A DNA stretch of 62,015 bases from a bacterium. Its GTDB lineage: Bacteria; Patescibacteriota; Patescibacteriia; SG8-24. Positions 30,320 to 40,039 of the stretch are shown here, piece by piece. The stretch is from positions 1 through 62,015 of the forward strand of contig JAHFIV010000002.1 in the NCBI GenBank assembly GCA_023246225.1, read 5' to 3'. The translations under genes and the position numbers were made by a program. The notes under the pieces were generated by a model. That model worked only from the letters and a program-made list of their open reading frames with translations. It searched no databases and was not told the origin of the DNA. How positions within the stretch are numbered: the first letter of the stretch is position 1; each line of letters opens with the position of its first letter.

Positions 30320-31384
30320 ATGCACAAACCTTGGCGAGCAGCACCACATCCACGAAGATCGATCCGCGATTTTCATCGCGCACATTACGGTAATCCGTTG
30401 TTTAATCGACAAAAAACAACGCATCGCACCGAGCGCAGTGGACCGAGTCGCGCCCCATGGTTTCTCGCATGCCTCGTGGTCGCAGCGCTCATCGGTGGTG
30501 CATGGTACCTCCTTTGGGGGCCGATGTTTCACATCACTACCGTGGAAGTGAGTGGTGTCACAGGACCGTCCGCAGATGCGATTCGTGCAGGGATCGACAG
30601 CCATCGCAATGGGGCGGCGTTGTTTATTTTTCCTCGCTCTAACATTCTCATCTTCAATACCACGAAAGCGCTCACGGATATCGGCGGCAAAGTGTACCTC
30701 GACAGCATCACTCTGCGAAAAAAACTTCCGGACACACTCGAGGTAATCGCGCGCGAAAAAACAACGCATGCGGCGCTCGATTGGAACAGTAGACTTTTTG
30801 CCCTCGACGAAAATGGTTTTATCCTCCGCGAACTGACTGATAAAGAGATTGCACTCATGGGTGATCTTCCGCCGGGGATGGCAGCGGTACCCGTGCTCGG
30901 TCTCGGTGCACAATCGATCGACCTTCCAAAAACGGATACCCCTCCCACAACGACAGACGGCGCAAAAGGAACGGTTGCCGCACCTCCTCCACAACAACCG
31001 ACAAATCCGTTCCCACTCATTCTGATCGATGGTAAGGAAAAAGAGGGAAGCGCGACAGAAAAAAACATGATGCCAGGTAAAGCGATGGTGAGTCCTGCGA
31101 CGATGCGAACGATCCTCCAGGCGCACGCACGACTTCCTGAAGTCGCAGGAAGCGCGGTTCGTTGGTTTCGCGCACAAGAGTCATCAGAGACCGTTGAGGC
31201 AGATATGGTGGGGGATTGGCATATTCTCCTGGCGACCGCCAGTCCGTTTGATGTCCAAGTCGAACGGCTCAGCATCGTTCTCAAAGAAAAAATCGGCGCA
31301 AAAAAATCCGTGCTCGAATACGTCGATCTTCGCTACAATGAGCGGATTTTCTTCCGTTTGAAAGACGGCACCACACCAAAATAA
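30320..31384 (+). CDS. ftsQ: cell division protein FtsQ/DivIB-like (POTRA)
   Basis: Basic N-terminus, one TM helix, ITTVEVSGV POTRA start; position after ddl. ATG at 30320 chosen over the track start inside ddl. Confidence 0.75.
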   Translation: MHKPWRAAPHPRRSIRDFHRAHYGNPLFNRQKTTHRTERSGPSRAPWFLACLVVAALIGGAWYLLWGPMFHITTVEVSGVTGPSADAIRAGIDSHRNGAALFIFPRSNILIFNTTKALTDIGGKVYLDSITLRKKLPDTLEVIAREKTTHAALDWNSRLFALDENGFILRELTDKEIALMGDLPPGMAAVPVLGLGAQSIDLPKTDTPPTTTDGAKGTVAAPPPQQPTNPFPLILIDGKEKEGSATEKNMMPGKAMVSPATMRTILQAHARLPEVAGSAVRWFRAQESSETVEADMVGDWHILLATASPFDVQVERLSIVLKEKIGAKKSVLEYVDLRYNERIFFRLKDGTTPK

Positions 31385-31425
31385 CCTGTCACACCAGCGT
31401 CCGATCGGACTTTAAGCGAGGTTCG

Positions 31426-31536
31426 GTGAGAGTTTATCCTGATCGTCGCGAGACGCCCAAAAATCGCCCTATAATCGGTTGGATGCGATTTTTGGGCAAT
31501 GGACAAGTCTCGCGAGCGATCAGGATAAACTCTCAC
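31426..31536. other. long near-perfect palindrome (29-bp plus 13-bp stems)
   Basis: GTGAGAGTTTATCCTGATCGTCGCGAGAC pairs with GTCTCGCGAGCGATCAGGATAAACTCTCAC (one bulge). Inner GCCCAAAAATCGC pairs with GCGATTTTTGGGC around a 17-nt loop. Confidence 0.6.
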
Positions 31537-31553
31537 GCTGCCGAGCGACCCCC

Positions 31554-31582
31554 TTGCAAAAATCGGTAAATATGGCTAAGGT
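31554..31582 (+). promoter_or_regulatory. ftsH promoter
   Basis: TTGCAA-N17-TAAGGT. Confidence 0.4.
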
Positions 31583-31637
31583 TTTTGTGCCTTAAGAAGA
31601 GGCGATTTGTCCGTTAAAAATACAACCGGAGGCTCCG

Positions 31638-33425
31638 ATGCCGAAACGAATAATCTTGATGTGGATGGGCCTACTCGGCGTCATCTTGTTGGTTTTTGGG
31701 TTCCTGGCTTTCACCCAACAAGCTCGCCAAAACGTAACCGTTCCCGCGAGCGAATTCATCTCCAAGGTGGAAAACGGCGATATCACGCGAGTGACCATCG
31801 CCGGCAACCAGATCCACGGAGAGTCCAAGGGAAGCATCGGCTACAACTCCTACGTCTCCGAAAAAGAAGAACTGGTCCGTGCGCTCCACGACAAACGCGT
31901 ACCGTACGAGGAGAAGGAGCCATCTGACAACAGCTCGTTGGTGGGGTTGATCGTCAAGATTGGGCTCGCGGTGTTCATCGCGTTCCTTCTGCTAAAAATG
32001 ATCAAGGGCGCAGGGGCGAACAACACCATGCTCAAACAACAGACGTCGCACAAAGCGAAACTGTTCGATCAGCTAGAAAAAAAGACGTTCGCAGATGTCG
32101 CGGGCGTGGACGAAGCGGTCGAGGAGTGTCGCGATTTCGTGACATCACTCAAGGATCCGACAAAGTTCGCGAAGCTCGGTGGACGTAGCCCTAAGGGAAT
32201 ACTTCTCGTCGGCCCGCCAGGAAACGGAAAAACATTGCTCGCTCGCGCGATTGCGGGCGAAGCCGGTGTACCGTTCTTCGCAGGAAGCGCATCAGCGTTC
32301 GTCGAGATGTTCGTCGGTGTCGGCGCTTCGCGTGTACGCGACCTGTTCGACCACGCAAAAAAACACATGCCATGCATCGTGTTCATCGATGAGATCGACG
32401 CGGTCGGCAAGACGCGCAGTGGCCACACTGGTCCCGGTGCGCACGAGGAACGCGAGCAAACGCTCAACCAATTGCTCGTCGAGATGGACGGATTCGAACC
32501 GAACAAGGGGATCCTTGTGATCGCCGCCACCAACCGACCAGAGACGCTCGACAAAGCTCTCACACGCTCGGGCCGACTCGACCGCACTGTGGTCGTGCCG
32601 CCACCGGACGTACGTGGCCGCGAGGCGATCCTGCGAGTCCATGCGCGAGACAAGAAGATGGCTCCAAACGTGGACTACACCGCGGTCGCTCTTGGGACCG
32701 CTGGCCTCGTCGGTGCAGATCTCGAAATGCTGCTCAACGAAGCGGCGATCGATGCTGCAAAGCGCGGCCAGAACGAAATTTCCACAGAGGACATCGAACG
32801 CGCCAAAGAGAAGGTGTTCATGGGTCCGGAGCGAAAGAGCGCCGTGCTCTCCGCGAAGACCAAGGAGATCATCGCCTGGCACGAGGCCGGACACGCGATC
32901 GTCGGGTGGTTCACTCACGAAGCGCACACGCCACACCGAGTCACCATCATCCCGCGCGGCATGGCGCTCGGTCTCACTTGGTTCCTCCCCGCCGAGGATG
33001 TGGTGCTCCGAAGTCGCAAAGAGCTGCTCGCAGACATCAAGGTCGCATTCGGCGGTCGCGCTGCAGAGAAACTTCTCTTGCAGGACGATTACACCACAGG
33101 TGCGAGCAATGATCTGGAGCGCGCAAGCGAAATCGCTGAGCGAATGGTGAAGAACTTCGGAATGGGCGATGGTCTGGGCTTCGGCACCTTCGCAAAGAAG
33201 GAGCAGGGCTACGGCTTCGATCCCTCGAAGGGCTTCAGCGAAGAGACTGCTGTGCGCATCGATGCAGAGCAAAAACGAATCCTCGAGGACTGCGAGAGCC
33301 GCGTCCTCACCATGCTGACCGACAAGCTCGACCTTCTCAAACAACTCGCAAACACACTTCTCGCCGAAGAGACGATCGGTGTCGATCGTCTCACCGCCAT
33401 CCTCGGCCCCAGGCCGGTGGCATAA
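31638..33425 (+). CDS. ftsH: ATP-dependent zinc metalloprotease FtsH
   Basis: Two TM helices, [38 protein letters not shown]. Confidence 0.97.
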   Translation: MPKRIILMWMGLLGVILLVFGFLAFTQQARQNVTVPASEFISKVENGDITRVTIAGNQIHGESKGSIGYNSYVSEKEELVRALHDKRVPYEEKEPSDNSSLVGLIVKIGLAVFIAFLLLKMIKGAGANNTMLKQQTSHKAKLFDQLEKKTFADVAGVDEAVEECRDFVTSLKDPTKFAKLGGRSPKGILLVGPPGNGKTLLARAIAGEAGVPFFAGSASAFVEMFVGVGASRVRDLFDHAKKHMPCIVFIDEIDAVGKTRSGHTGPGAHEEREQTLNQLLVEMDGFEPNKGILVIAATNRPETLDKALTRSGRLDRTVVVPPPDVRGREAILRVHARDKKMAPNVDYTAVALGTAGLVGADLEMLLNEAAIDAAKRGQNEISTEDIERAKEKVFMGPERKSAVLSAKTKEIIAWHEAGHAIVGWFTHEAHTPHRVTIIPRGMALGLTWFLPAEDVVLRSRKELLADIKVAFGGRAAEKLLLQDDYTTGASNDLERASEIAERMVKNFGMGDGLGFGTFAKKEQGYGFDPSKGFSEETAVRIDAEQKRILEDCESRVLTMLTDKLDLLKQLANTLLAEETIGVDRLTAILGPRPVA

Positions 33426-33431
33426 CACCAC

Positions 33432-33466
33432 CACGACCCCCGTTTTCTACGGGGGTCGTTTTATTT
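33432..33466 (+). terminator. ftsH intrinsic terminator
   Basis: ACGACCCCC-loop-GGGGGTCGT followed by TTTATTTT. Confidence 0.75.
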
Positions 33467-33467
33467 T

Positions 33468-33660
33468 CTCATCCTGACCCCGGATCAAGTCCGGGGGATT
33501 CAGGACCCAGTCATTCTTTGTCATTCCGGGCCGTGACCCGGAATCTAGAACGTAAAAAAGAGCCAAACGGAAATCACGTTTGGCTCTTAAGGTTCTGGAT
33601 TCCGGCTCGGAGGCCGGAATGACAATGAATGAGTGGGTTCCGGGTCACGGCCCGGAATGA
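33468..33660. repeat. REPIN/BIME-like cassette F
   Basis: TCATCCTGACCCCGGATCAAGTCCGGGGGATTCAGGAC, GTCATTCCGGGCCGTGACCCGGAATCTAGAA, core GCCAAACGgaaatcaCGTTTGGCTC, and two right-arm modules ending GGAATGAC. Confidence 0.9.
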
Positions 33661-33965
33661 CAAAGGGGGACAAAAGAGCTTAATGTAGCTATTTTGGCTA
33701 ATCTTAGCCAAAATTAAGATATTATGCATACGAACTAAAAATGTACACAAAAAATAAAAAATAATAATAAAACGTGAATATCTACAGGACGGCCAGCCAT
33801 CACAGAGAGAACACCGCGCGCAAAAAAGATGCTCTCTAGAGGCGGAAAAAGAACGATCGATCCTCGTGTGCACCTTGCGCCTCAACGCCGTATTATGTGT
33901 CGCCTAAGATATATTGTACGACACCATTAAGAGGGCTTTTTGACCCCTTCCCCGCCGAATAACCA

Positions 33966-33994
33966 TTGACCAGAAGTAACAGTTTTGCTAGGGT
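33966..33994 (+). promoter_or_regulatory. promoter of the first M41-only gene
   Basis: TTGACC-N17-TAGGGT. Confidence 0.45.
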
Positions 33995-34029
33995 ATCAAG
34001 TTGGTTCTTTTCATGTCTGGAGGTGCATC

Positions 34030-34752
34030 ATGCAATCGATCAAGATAAAAAAGCATTCGTGGTGGACCAGTGTAACGTTGATCGTCATCAGCTTATGGGA
34101 GAAGACACGGCGTTTGATCCCCTTTTTGCGGGAACCGCATGTCCGCGTCTACCTCCCACGACAGTACGATAACGATGGACGAACTCGCACCGCAGTGCAC
34201 GAGGCAGGACATGCCGTGGTTGCGTGGAGTGCAAAAAGTGTACGACATATCACGCGAATCATAATCACTGCCGACAGAGAAGAAGAGGACCTCTTCCTGA
34301 ACGCGGGTCGCACCAAGTACATTAAAAAAGGAACGCCGTGGGGTGAAACGCCACACCGTCTTTGGGAAGATGTGGCGATCGGTCTCGCGGGACTCGCTGC
34401 AGAGTCCAACGTCTACGATTTCTTCCAACCGTCGGGCGCGGAGGAAGATCTCGGTGATGCCTTGTTGGCCGCGAAGCTGATCGTACTCAAAGAACGCAGA
34501 AAGGGGAAAATATTTTCTCCACCGTGGAAAAAGGAAACGCCCATGCGTAACGCCCTCGACCTCGCGTCGGTCTGCTACCACCCAAACGAACTCACTCCAC
34601 GTCTCTCAGAAATTCTGAACTTGTCCTACTATCGTGCGTGCGACATCGTACGTGCGGAGCGGGAACGACTGGATGCGCTCGCTGTGGCAGTGCACAAAAA
34701 AGGGGCACTCCAGAAAAAAGAGATCAAAACAATCCTTGGTAGACGTCGATAA
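34030..34752 (+). CDS. FtsH-type peptidase M41 domain protein lacking the AAA ATPase module (paralog 1)
   Basis: GGAGG SD then the ATG at 34030; one N-terminal TM helix; TAVHEAGHAVVAW, LAGLAAE, GAEEDLGDA, C-terminal helices parallel to the FtsH tail; no Walker motifs. Confidence 0.7.
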   Translation: MQSIKIKKHSWWTSVTLIVISLWEKTRRLIPFLREPHVRVYLPRQYDNDGRTRTAVHEAGHAVVAWSAKSVRHITRIIITADREEEDLFLNAGRTKYIKKGTPWGETPHRLWEDVAIGLAGLAAESNVYDFFQPSGAEEDLGDALLAAKLIVLKERRKGKIFSPPWKKETPMRNALDLASVCYHPNELTPRLSEILNLSYYRACDIVRAERERLDALAVAVHKKGALQKKEIKTILGRRR

Positions 34753-34884
34753 GACTTCGTCGTGTGGTGAACACCACACGACTTTTTTGTTTGCCTTCTC
34801 CATCCCCATCTGTAATCATAAAAAAGGTTCTTTGTAGTCATCAGGAGAGAGCATGATGAACGATGCGCGGTCGGGGAGTGCGCG

Positions 34885-35532
34885 ATGATACCTGTCACCG
34901 TAGCGATCATCCCGTGGAGTGCGGTGAAAAAATTCGCTCGTGAATTGCTGCGAAAGGGAAGTCACCTACTCCCCTTCTCCGGGCGCTCACGAATGGCGAC
35001 ACATGAAGCAGGACACGCGATCGTCGCATGGCACTCTTCGTGCGTCGTTAACATCACAAAGATCACCATCGTCCCCGACCGAACATCTGAGTATGGCGCC
35101 GCCACTTCCTATGAAGTGTTCAATCGCTTAAAACCAGAAGATCTTTGGGAACGTATCGCAATTTCTCTCGCAGGCCTCGCTGCAGAAGCGCTTGTGCGCG
35201 GTGATCTCAGCATCGGTGGGTCCTCGAGTGATCTCGATCGAGCAGGCATCATCGCGGAAAACATTGCAGATCTTCCGTACGATCTCTCGCGATGTCCGTG
35301 GACGGATGTAGAATATGCACCGCAGCGTTTCGACCTCATACCACTCGCGTACAAAAGTCTGACTTCAACGAACACAAAAATTCTGAACATCTGTCTTCAG
35401 CGTGCAGTCATGATTCTCGAAGCGCATCGTGAGCAACTGAACGCACTTACCGCTGCGATCAAGTCACAAGATACCCTCGATTCCGAAGCGGTCAGTGCGG
35501 TTCTCGGCGAGCGTCCCACGTTCACGTTGTAA
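34885..35532 (+). CDS. FtsH-type peptidase M41 domain protein lacking the AAA ATPase module (paralog 2)
   Basis: [30 protein letters not shown]; no Walker motifs. Confidence 0.7.
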   Translation: MIPVTVAIIPWSAVKKFARELLRKGSHLLPFSGRSRMATHEAGHAIVAWHSSCVVNITKITIVPDRTSEYGAATSYEVFNRLKPEDLWERIAISLAGLAAEALVRGDLSIGGSSSDLDRAGIIAENIADLPYDLSRCPWTDVEYAPQRFDLIPLAYKSLTSTNTKILNICLQRAVMILEAHREQLNALTAAIKSQDTLDSEAVSAVLGERPTFTL

Positions 35533-35563
35533 CGCGCCTCACGCCAGAATAATCCCCTTTTTT

Positions 35564-35750
35564 GTCATTCCGGGCCACCTACTTTGTCATTCCGGGCCGT
35601 GACCCGGAATCTAGTCATTTTTTGTCATTCCGGCCTCCGAGCCGGAATCCAGAAAAATACAAAGACCAAACGAGATTCGTTTGGTCTTTTTTTACGTTCT
35701 GGATTCCGGGTCACGGCCCGGAATGACAAAAGAAGAGCCGTGGAGATGAC
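35564..35750. repeat. REPIN/BIME-like cassette G
   Basis: GTCATTCC at 35564, 35586 and 35624; core GACCAAACGagattCGTTTGGTC; right arm GGATTCCGGGTCACGGCCCGGAATGAC; extra GAGATGAC. Confidence 0.9.
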
Positions 35751-35758
35751 AAGAGGTA

Positions 35759-35893
35759 TTATTTCCCTCTCGTTCTCACCACCTCAAAAACACTTCGATG
35801 TGTGTATCCCGCATACACCATGAGCACGCTCATCGTGAACGCGATAATGAGTCCGATACTTGCGAGCAACAAAATTTTTGTAGGTTCTTTCAT
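35759..35893 (-). CDS. possible 44-aa membrane peptide, ATGA-overlapped with the M23 peptidase stop
   Basis: Hand translation: MKEPTKILLLASIGLIIAFTMSVLMVYAGYTHRSVFEVVRTRGK. Below the ORF-track length cutoff. Confidence 0.35.
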   Translation of the reverse strand: MKEPTKILLLASIGLIIAFTMSVLMVYAGYTHRSVFEVVRTRGK

Positions 35894-37128
35894 AGAGTGA
35901 CTAAAAATCGCAATGGGTCGACAGGAATCCCTTTAAGTCTCGTTTCAAAATGAAGATGCGGCCCGGTTGTGAGCGGTCCCGCTCCTGGTGTACCCGGCGA
36001 TCCGCCAGAATAGCCGATCACCTCTCCCCTATCCACAAAAGTATCTTCCTTCGCAACGACACGCGACAAGTGCCCGTACACCGTCGATACATCGTTGTTG
36101 TGAATCAACATCACATAGCTATATCCCATCCCCGCATTTTTCGCGCGCGCAACAACACCTGCTGCGGCAGCGCGCACCGGTGTTCCCTGCCATGCACGAA
36201 TATCGATTCCTGGATGCTCAAACACATAGCGGAAGGGATAACCCGGATCATGGAACATCGTTGAAAGACCTCGACTCGCATCCACCGGCCACGACAGCAC
36301 CGAGTCGACGCCGCGTAATTGATCGGCGATGGTAATCTTTTCACGCAACGCGTTTTCAAGATACGTTATCTCCGAGTCTGCTTGATTCTGTTCTTGTTTG
36401 AGTTCAGCGAGTCGATAGCGATATTCCAATTCTGATGCTTTTGTTTCGGTAAGCAACGAATCTTTGAGCGTACGATTATCTTCAAGTTCGCGTTTCGCAA
36501 CCTCGAGCTGCCGCTCATTTGCTTCCATCGCAAGTCGCTTTTGATCTCGCTCTTTTTTTTCTGCATCGAGCTTTGCTTTTGTATCTCGCACCGATGCAAG
36601 TGTTTTTTGTACACCGGTTTGTAGATCGGTGATCGACTGCAAACGATCAAAAAAATCGGAAAGCGTTTTATTTTCCACTAACACTTCGAACGTACTTTTT
36701 TGGAAACGTGTCGTGTACAGTCGTCGTGCAAGCACACCGAGAAGCTCGCGCTCTTTTGCTATTTGTAATTCTTGTTCACGAACTTTTTCGTCGATCACAC
36801 CGATTTCGAGACGAAGCGCCTTGAGTTCGGTCTGCACAATCTCAATATCAAGCTGCGTTTTTGCAATGCCGTTCTCCGCAAGAATAATTTGATCCTGCAG
36901 CGTTGCGGAGGTTTCTTTTTTTTGCGCGATAAGCGCGCGATACTTTTCTTGTTTTTGCTGGAGGTCCTTGAGCGCCTGTTGTTTACTTTTTACGTTCGCA
37001 TTTAAATCAATGATCTCCTGTTTAATATCAGCAGCAAACGTCACGCAAGGAAAAATGATGAAAGAGGTCGCAAGCAACAGTGCAACGACGAGGAGCGGAG
37101 TACGCAGTGGTGAGAGGATGCTTTTCAT
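35890..37128 (-). CDS. M23 family metallopeptidase with N-terminal coiled coil (EnvC-like)
   Basis: Signal/TM helix, long coiled coil, GIDIRAWQGTPV, HLHFE. Confidence 0.9.
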   Translation of the reverse strand: MKSILSPLRTPLLVVALLLATSFIIFPCVTFAADIKQEIIDLNANVKSKQQALKDLQQKQEKYRALIAQKKETSATLQDQIILAENGIAKTQLDIEIVQTELKALRLEIGVIDEKVREQELQIAKERELLGVLARRLYTTRFQKSTFEVLVENKTLSDFFDRLQSITDLQTGVQKTLASVRDTKAKLDAEKKERDQKRLAMEANERQLEVAKRELEDNRTLKDSLLTETKASELEYRYRLAELKQEQNQADSEITYLENALREKITIADQLRGVDSVLSWPVDASRGLSTMFHDPGYPFRYVFEHPGIDIRAWQGTPVRAAAAGVVARAKNAGMGYSYVMLIHNNDVSTVYGHLSRVVAKEDTFVDRGEVIGYSGGSPGTPGAGPLTTGPHLHFETRLKGIPVDPLRFLVTL

Positions 37129-38597
37129 GCAAGTGTCTGGATCGCCGTAGTGATGCGTGCGATCGTTTTCTCCTTACCGAGCGCCCATGCAACCTCAAAA
37201 GGTCCTGGCGACATCGCACGTCCGGTGAGTGCGACACGAAGCGGCCATAACGACTCACTGTTCGTCCAACCTTGTGCCGCCACCTGAGCGATTGTGAGTG
37301 ATTCGAGCGATTTTGCATCGCTAAAACTTTCATCAGACAACCCTGAAAAAAATGCGAGCAATCCTTCTAGTCGAGATTTCGCGGTTGCGGCGTCAGATTT
37401 TTTCGCCGCAAGTAACGCGGGATCATATTCGAGCCTGTCGGTAAAAAGAAACGCGGTCGCTTCGGGAAATTCTGCGAGGGTAGAGACGCGACGTTGTTCA
37501 AGCGTCACCGCTTTTTCAAGAAGCGCAGCGGGAGCATCGATCCCCTGCTCCACGTAAAATGGTGAAGCACGCTGCACGAGCTCATCCGCAGACATCTCTT
37601 TCAAATATTCACGGTTTAACCAATTCAATTTATCGATCGCGCACACCGCACCACTTTTATTAATTTTTTCGAGCGCAAATTCTGCAGCGAGCTCTCCTTT
37701 CGTATACACTTCGCGGTCCGCCGTGGGATTCCATCCGAGGAGTGCAACAAAATTCACGATAGCTTCAGGAAGATATCCTTTATTTTTATAATCCTCGACC
37801 GCAACATCACCCTGTCGCTTCGATAATTTCGAACGATCGGCGTTTAGAAGCAACGGCAAGTGCGCAAACATCGGCGCTTCCCAACCGAACGCCTGATACA
37901 ACAGCAGATGCTTCGGCGTTGACGGCAACCATTCTTCACCGCGAATGACGTGCGTGATCTGCATCAAATGGTCGTCGACGACGTTTGCGAGATGATACGT
38001 CGGAAAACCGTCGGATTTTACCAGTACCTGATCGTCGATCAGTGCGTTTTGAAAAGAGACTTCACCGCGGATCGCATCAACAAAAGTTGTTGCGCCGTCG
38101 TCAGGAATACGCAGTCGCAAAACCCACGACGCACCGTCCTTCATGCGCGCATCACCATCCTCTACAGAGAGTGATCTGCAATGGCGATCGTACATCACCG
38201 GCATTTTTGCTGCGGCTTGACCTGTCTTCACTTCTTCGAGACGTTCTGGTGTGCAAAAACAACGATACCCGTGTCCACTCGCGAGCAATTTTTCTGCGTA
38301 CTCGCGATACAGATCGAGACGCGCGGACTGCACATACGGACCATACTCCCCTCTTTCGCGCACAACACCAGCCTCATCAAGATACGGACCTTCGGTCGGC
38401 TGCACTCCTGCCCACGCAAGTGTACGCAGCAAATTTTCTACCGCACCCTCAACGTACCGTGCACGATCGGTGTCTTCGATGCGCAACACGAAAACGCCTC
38501 CGTGATGCAAGGCGAACAGTTCGTTATATAATGCGGTGCGCAATCCGCCGATGTGAAGAAAGCCCGTCGGCGATGGGGCGAAACGGACACGGAACAT
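37125..38597 (-). CDS. gltX: glutamate--tRNA ligase
   Basis: RFAPSPTGFLHIGG (HIGH), KLSKR (KMSKS). Confidence 0.95.
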   Translation of the reverse strand: MFRVRFAPSPTGFLHIGGLRTALYNELFALHHGGVFVLRIEDTDRARYVEGAVENLLRTLAWAGVQPTEGPYLDEAGVVRERGEYGPYVQSARLDLYREYAEKLLASGHGYRCFCTPERLEEVKTGQAAAKMPVMYDRHCRSLSVEDGDARMKDGASWVLRLRIPDDGATTFVDAIRGEVSFQNALIDDQVLVKSDGFPTYHLANVVDDHLMQITHVIRGEEWLPSTPKHLLLYQAFGWEAPMFAHLPLLLNADRSKLSKRQGDVAVEDYKNKGYLPEAIVNFVALLGWNPTADREVYTKGELAAEFALEKINKSGAVCAIDKLNWLNREYLKEMSADELVQRASPFYVEQGIDAPAALLEKAVTLEQRRVSTLAEFPEATAFLFTDRLEYDPALLAAKKSDAATAKSRLEGLLAFFSGLSDESFSDAKSLESLTIAQVAAQGWTNSESLWPLRVALTGRAMSPGPFEVAWALGKEKTIARITTAIQTLA

Positions 38598-38610
38598 ATC
38601 TTCTATACTA

Positions 38611-39378
38611 TCAACCTTTCCGCCTTAAAGCCAGATAAGGAAAAACGACCACCGCGTTCCAAATCCGACCGATTCTTCGAGGCTCAAGCGCGAGTCGCCA
38701 CAGCCATTCGAGGCCGAGCGCACGCATGATTCGTGGCGCGCGACGCACGCGACCGGAGAGAAAATCAAAGGCGCCGCCGACACCGATCGCCACACGCACC
38801 GAAGGAAGTCGACCGAGATGCGCAGCGATCCATTTTTCTTGCGTGCTGTGACCGAACGCAACGAACAGTACATCGGGCGCCACAGCGATCAGTCGCGCTT
38901 GCGCACCAGTGTCGATCTGTGGCACCGCACTTTTTTTGTCGACGATCCCACCGCTCTCCGCACCCACGACACGAAGTCCAGGAAATCGTTCCTCAAGCAC
39001 ACGCGCGGTTTTTTTTGCAACACCCTCCCCTCCTCCGAGTAAAAAAATACTTTTGTGTTTTTCTGCGGCGAGACGACAAATATCCAGCAAGCAATCCACA
39101 CCGGTGATCCGTTCTCCAAGCGGTGTCCCGAGCAGTTTCGCGACAGCGATGAGTCCGAATCCGTCCGGCACCGCGAGATCGGCGTTCTGCAAAGCGCGCA
39201 AAAAAGCGGAGTCGCTTGCGGCAGCGACGAGCATCTCTGGATTTGGCGTCGTCACCATATGCGACCCCGACCCATCTAAAAAACCAGCGATCCGATCGAC
39301 CGCTTCCACACGTGTCACGCCATCGACCGGTACGTGAAGTATCTCCCTACGCATATACCTGCATTGTACGGGGATCAT
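38611..39378 (-). CDS. WecG/TagA/CpsF-family glycosyltransferase
   Basis: PDGFGL, IFLLGG, GVGGAFDFLSG...RAP..M...GLEWLWRL. The start may be the ATG at 39354. Confidence 0.85.
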   Translation of the reverse strand: MIPVQCRYMRREILHVPVDGVTRVEAVDRIAGFLDGSGSHMVTTPNPEMLVAAASDSAFLRALQNADLAVPDGFGLIAVAKLLGTPLGERITGVDCLLDICRLAAEKHKSIFLLGGGEGVAKKTARVLEERFPGLRVVGAESGGIVDKKSAVPQIDTGAQARLIAVAPDVLFVAFGHSTQEKWIAAHLGRLPSVRVAIGVGGAFDFLSGRVRRAPRIMRALGLEWLWRLALEPRRIGRIWNAVVVFPYLALRRKG

Positions 39379-39395
39379 CGCTTGAAGTGCAATCT

Positions 39396-39432
39396 ATAAA
39401 AAAGGAACCCCGCGCGAGAATGCACGGGGTTC
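39396..39432 (-). terminator. intrinsic terminator of the 39446 gene
   Basis: Minus strand GAACCCCG-loop-CGGGGTTCC followed by a T-run. Confidence 0.65.
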
Positions 39433-39445
39433 AGAGAATTAGGGT

Positions 39446-39865
39446 CTAGCTCTCGAGAACTACGACCGGGTGGTTTGAGTTCCAACCAACAACGAGCCAA
39501 CGGTAGCTCCAGTCCCACCGCCCATCGATCCAGTAGAGGTGGCGGACGCACGCATCGCCGTCGGAATCGCAGTACATGGTACCCAGGAAGAACACTTGCT
39601 CCGCCTTCCACTCCTCGGGTATAAAGCTCGGGTTGGCCATGTACCAGTCGAGCAGGTTGGCGTTCAGCACCTTCTTGTTCTTCAACTCCTCACAGAGCTT
39701 GTTGAGCTCGATGCGGTCGTTACGCCGGGGGTTCGGGGAGAGGTACAGGCCGATCTTTGCTTTCGCGACGTCGAGCATGCCACCCTTCTTGTGCGACTCG
39801 ACCTTCCACCCAACTGGGCAGCGTGGGTCGGCGTCGAGGTCTGCGATTGTGGTCTCGATTTCCAT
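39446..39865 (-). CDS. hypothetical protein, IPEEWK...RWDWSY family (paralog of 13603..14088)
   Basis: GGAGA SD then the ATG at 39865. SFIPEEWKAEQVFFLGT...DGD...RWDWSYRWL. Confidence 0.6.
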   Translation of the reverse strand: MEIETTIADLDADPRCPVGWKVESHKKGGMLDVAKAKIGLYLSPNPRRNDRIELNKLCEELKNKKVLNANLLDWYMANPSFIPEEWKAEQVFFLGTMYCDSDGDACVRHLYWIDGRWDWSYRWLVVGWNSNHPVVVLES

Positions 39866-40007
39866 CTCTGTTCTCCGACTCTCCGACTTACTCGCTATGC
39901 TACCCCCGTGGTGGCATACCAAGCTTATCGATTACCCTATTGTAGAGAGCTTTTGCCTAAAGTAGCAGCAAACATTGACTTTGTCAATTACAGATGACAC
40001 ATGGTGG

Positions 40008-40035
40008 TTGACAGGTCTTTAAGGGTGTATACAAT
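40008..40035 (+). promoter_or_regulatory. clpB promoter
   Basis: TTGACA-N16-TACAAT. Confidence 0.55.
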
Positions 40036-40039
40036 ACTA

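Noticed and set aside
29056-33434. Long antisense ORFs opposite alr/ddl (29056..29790), ftsQ (30269..31177, 30529..31284) and ftsH (32292..33434, 32069..32653)
   Set aside because: They lie opposite well-conserved genes and their translations are compositionally aberrant.
34853-34888. 11-codon upstream ORF (MMNDARSGSAR) overlapping the start of the second M41-only gene by ATGA
   Set aside because: The main gene has its own GGGGAG SD at suitable spacing. The mini-ORF has no supporting evidence beyond an SD-like AGGAGAG.
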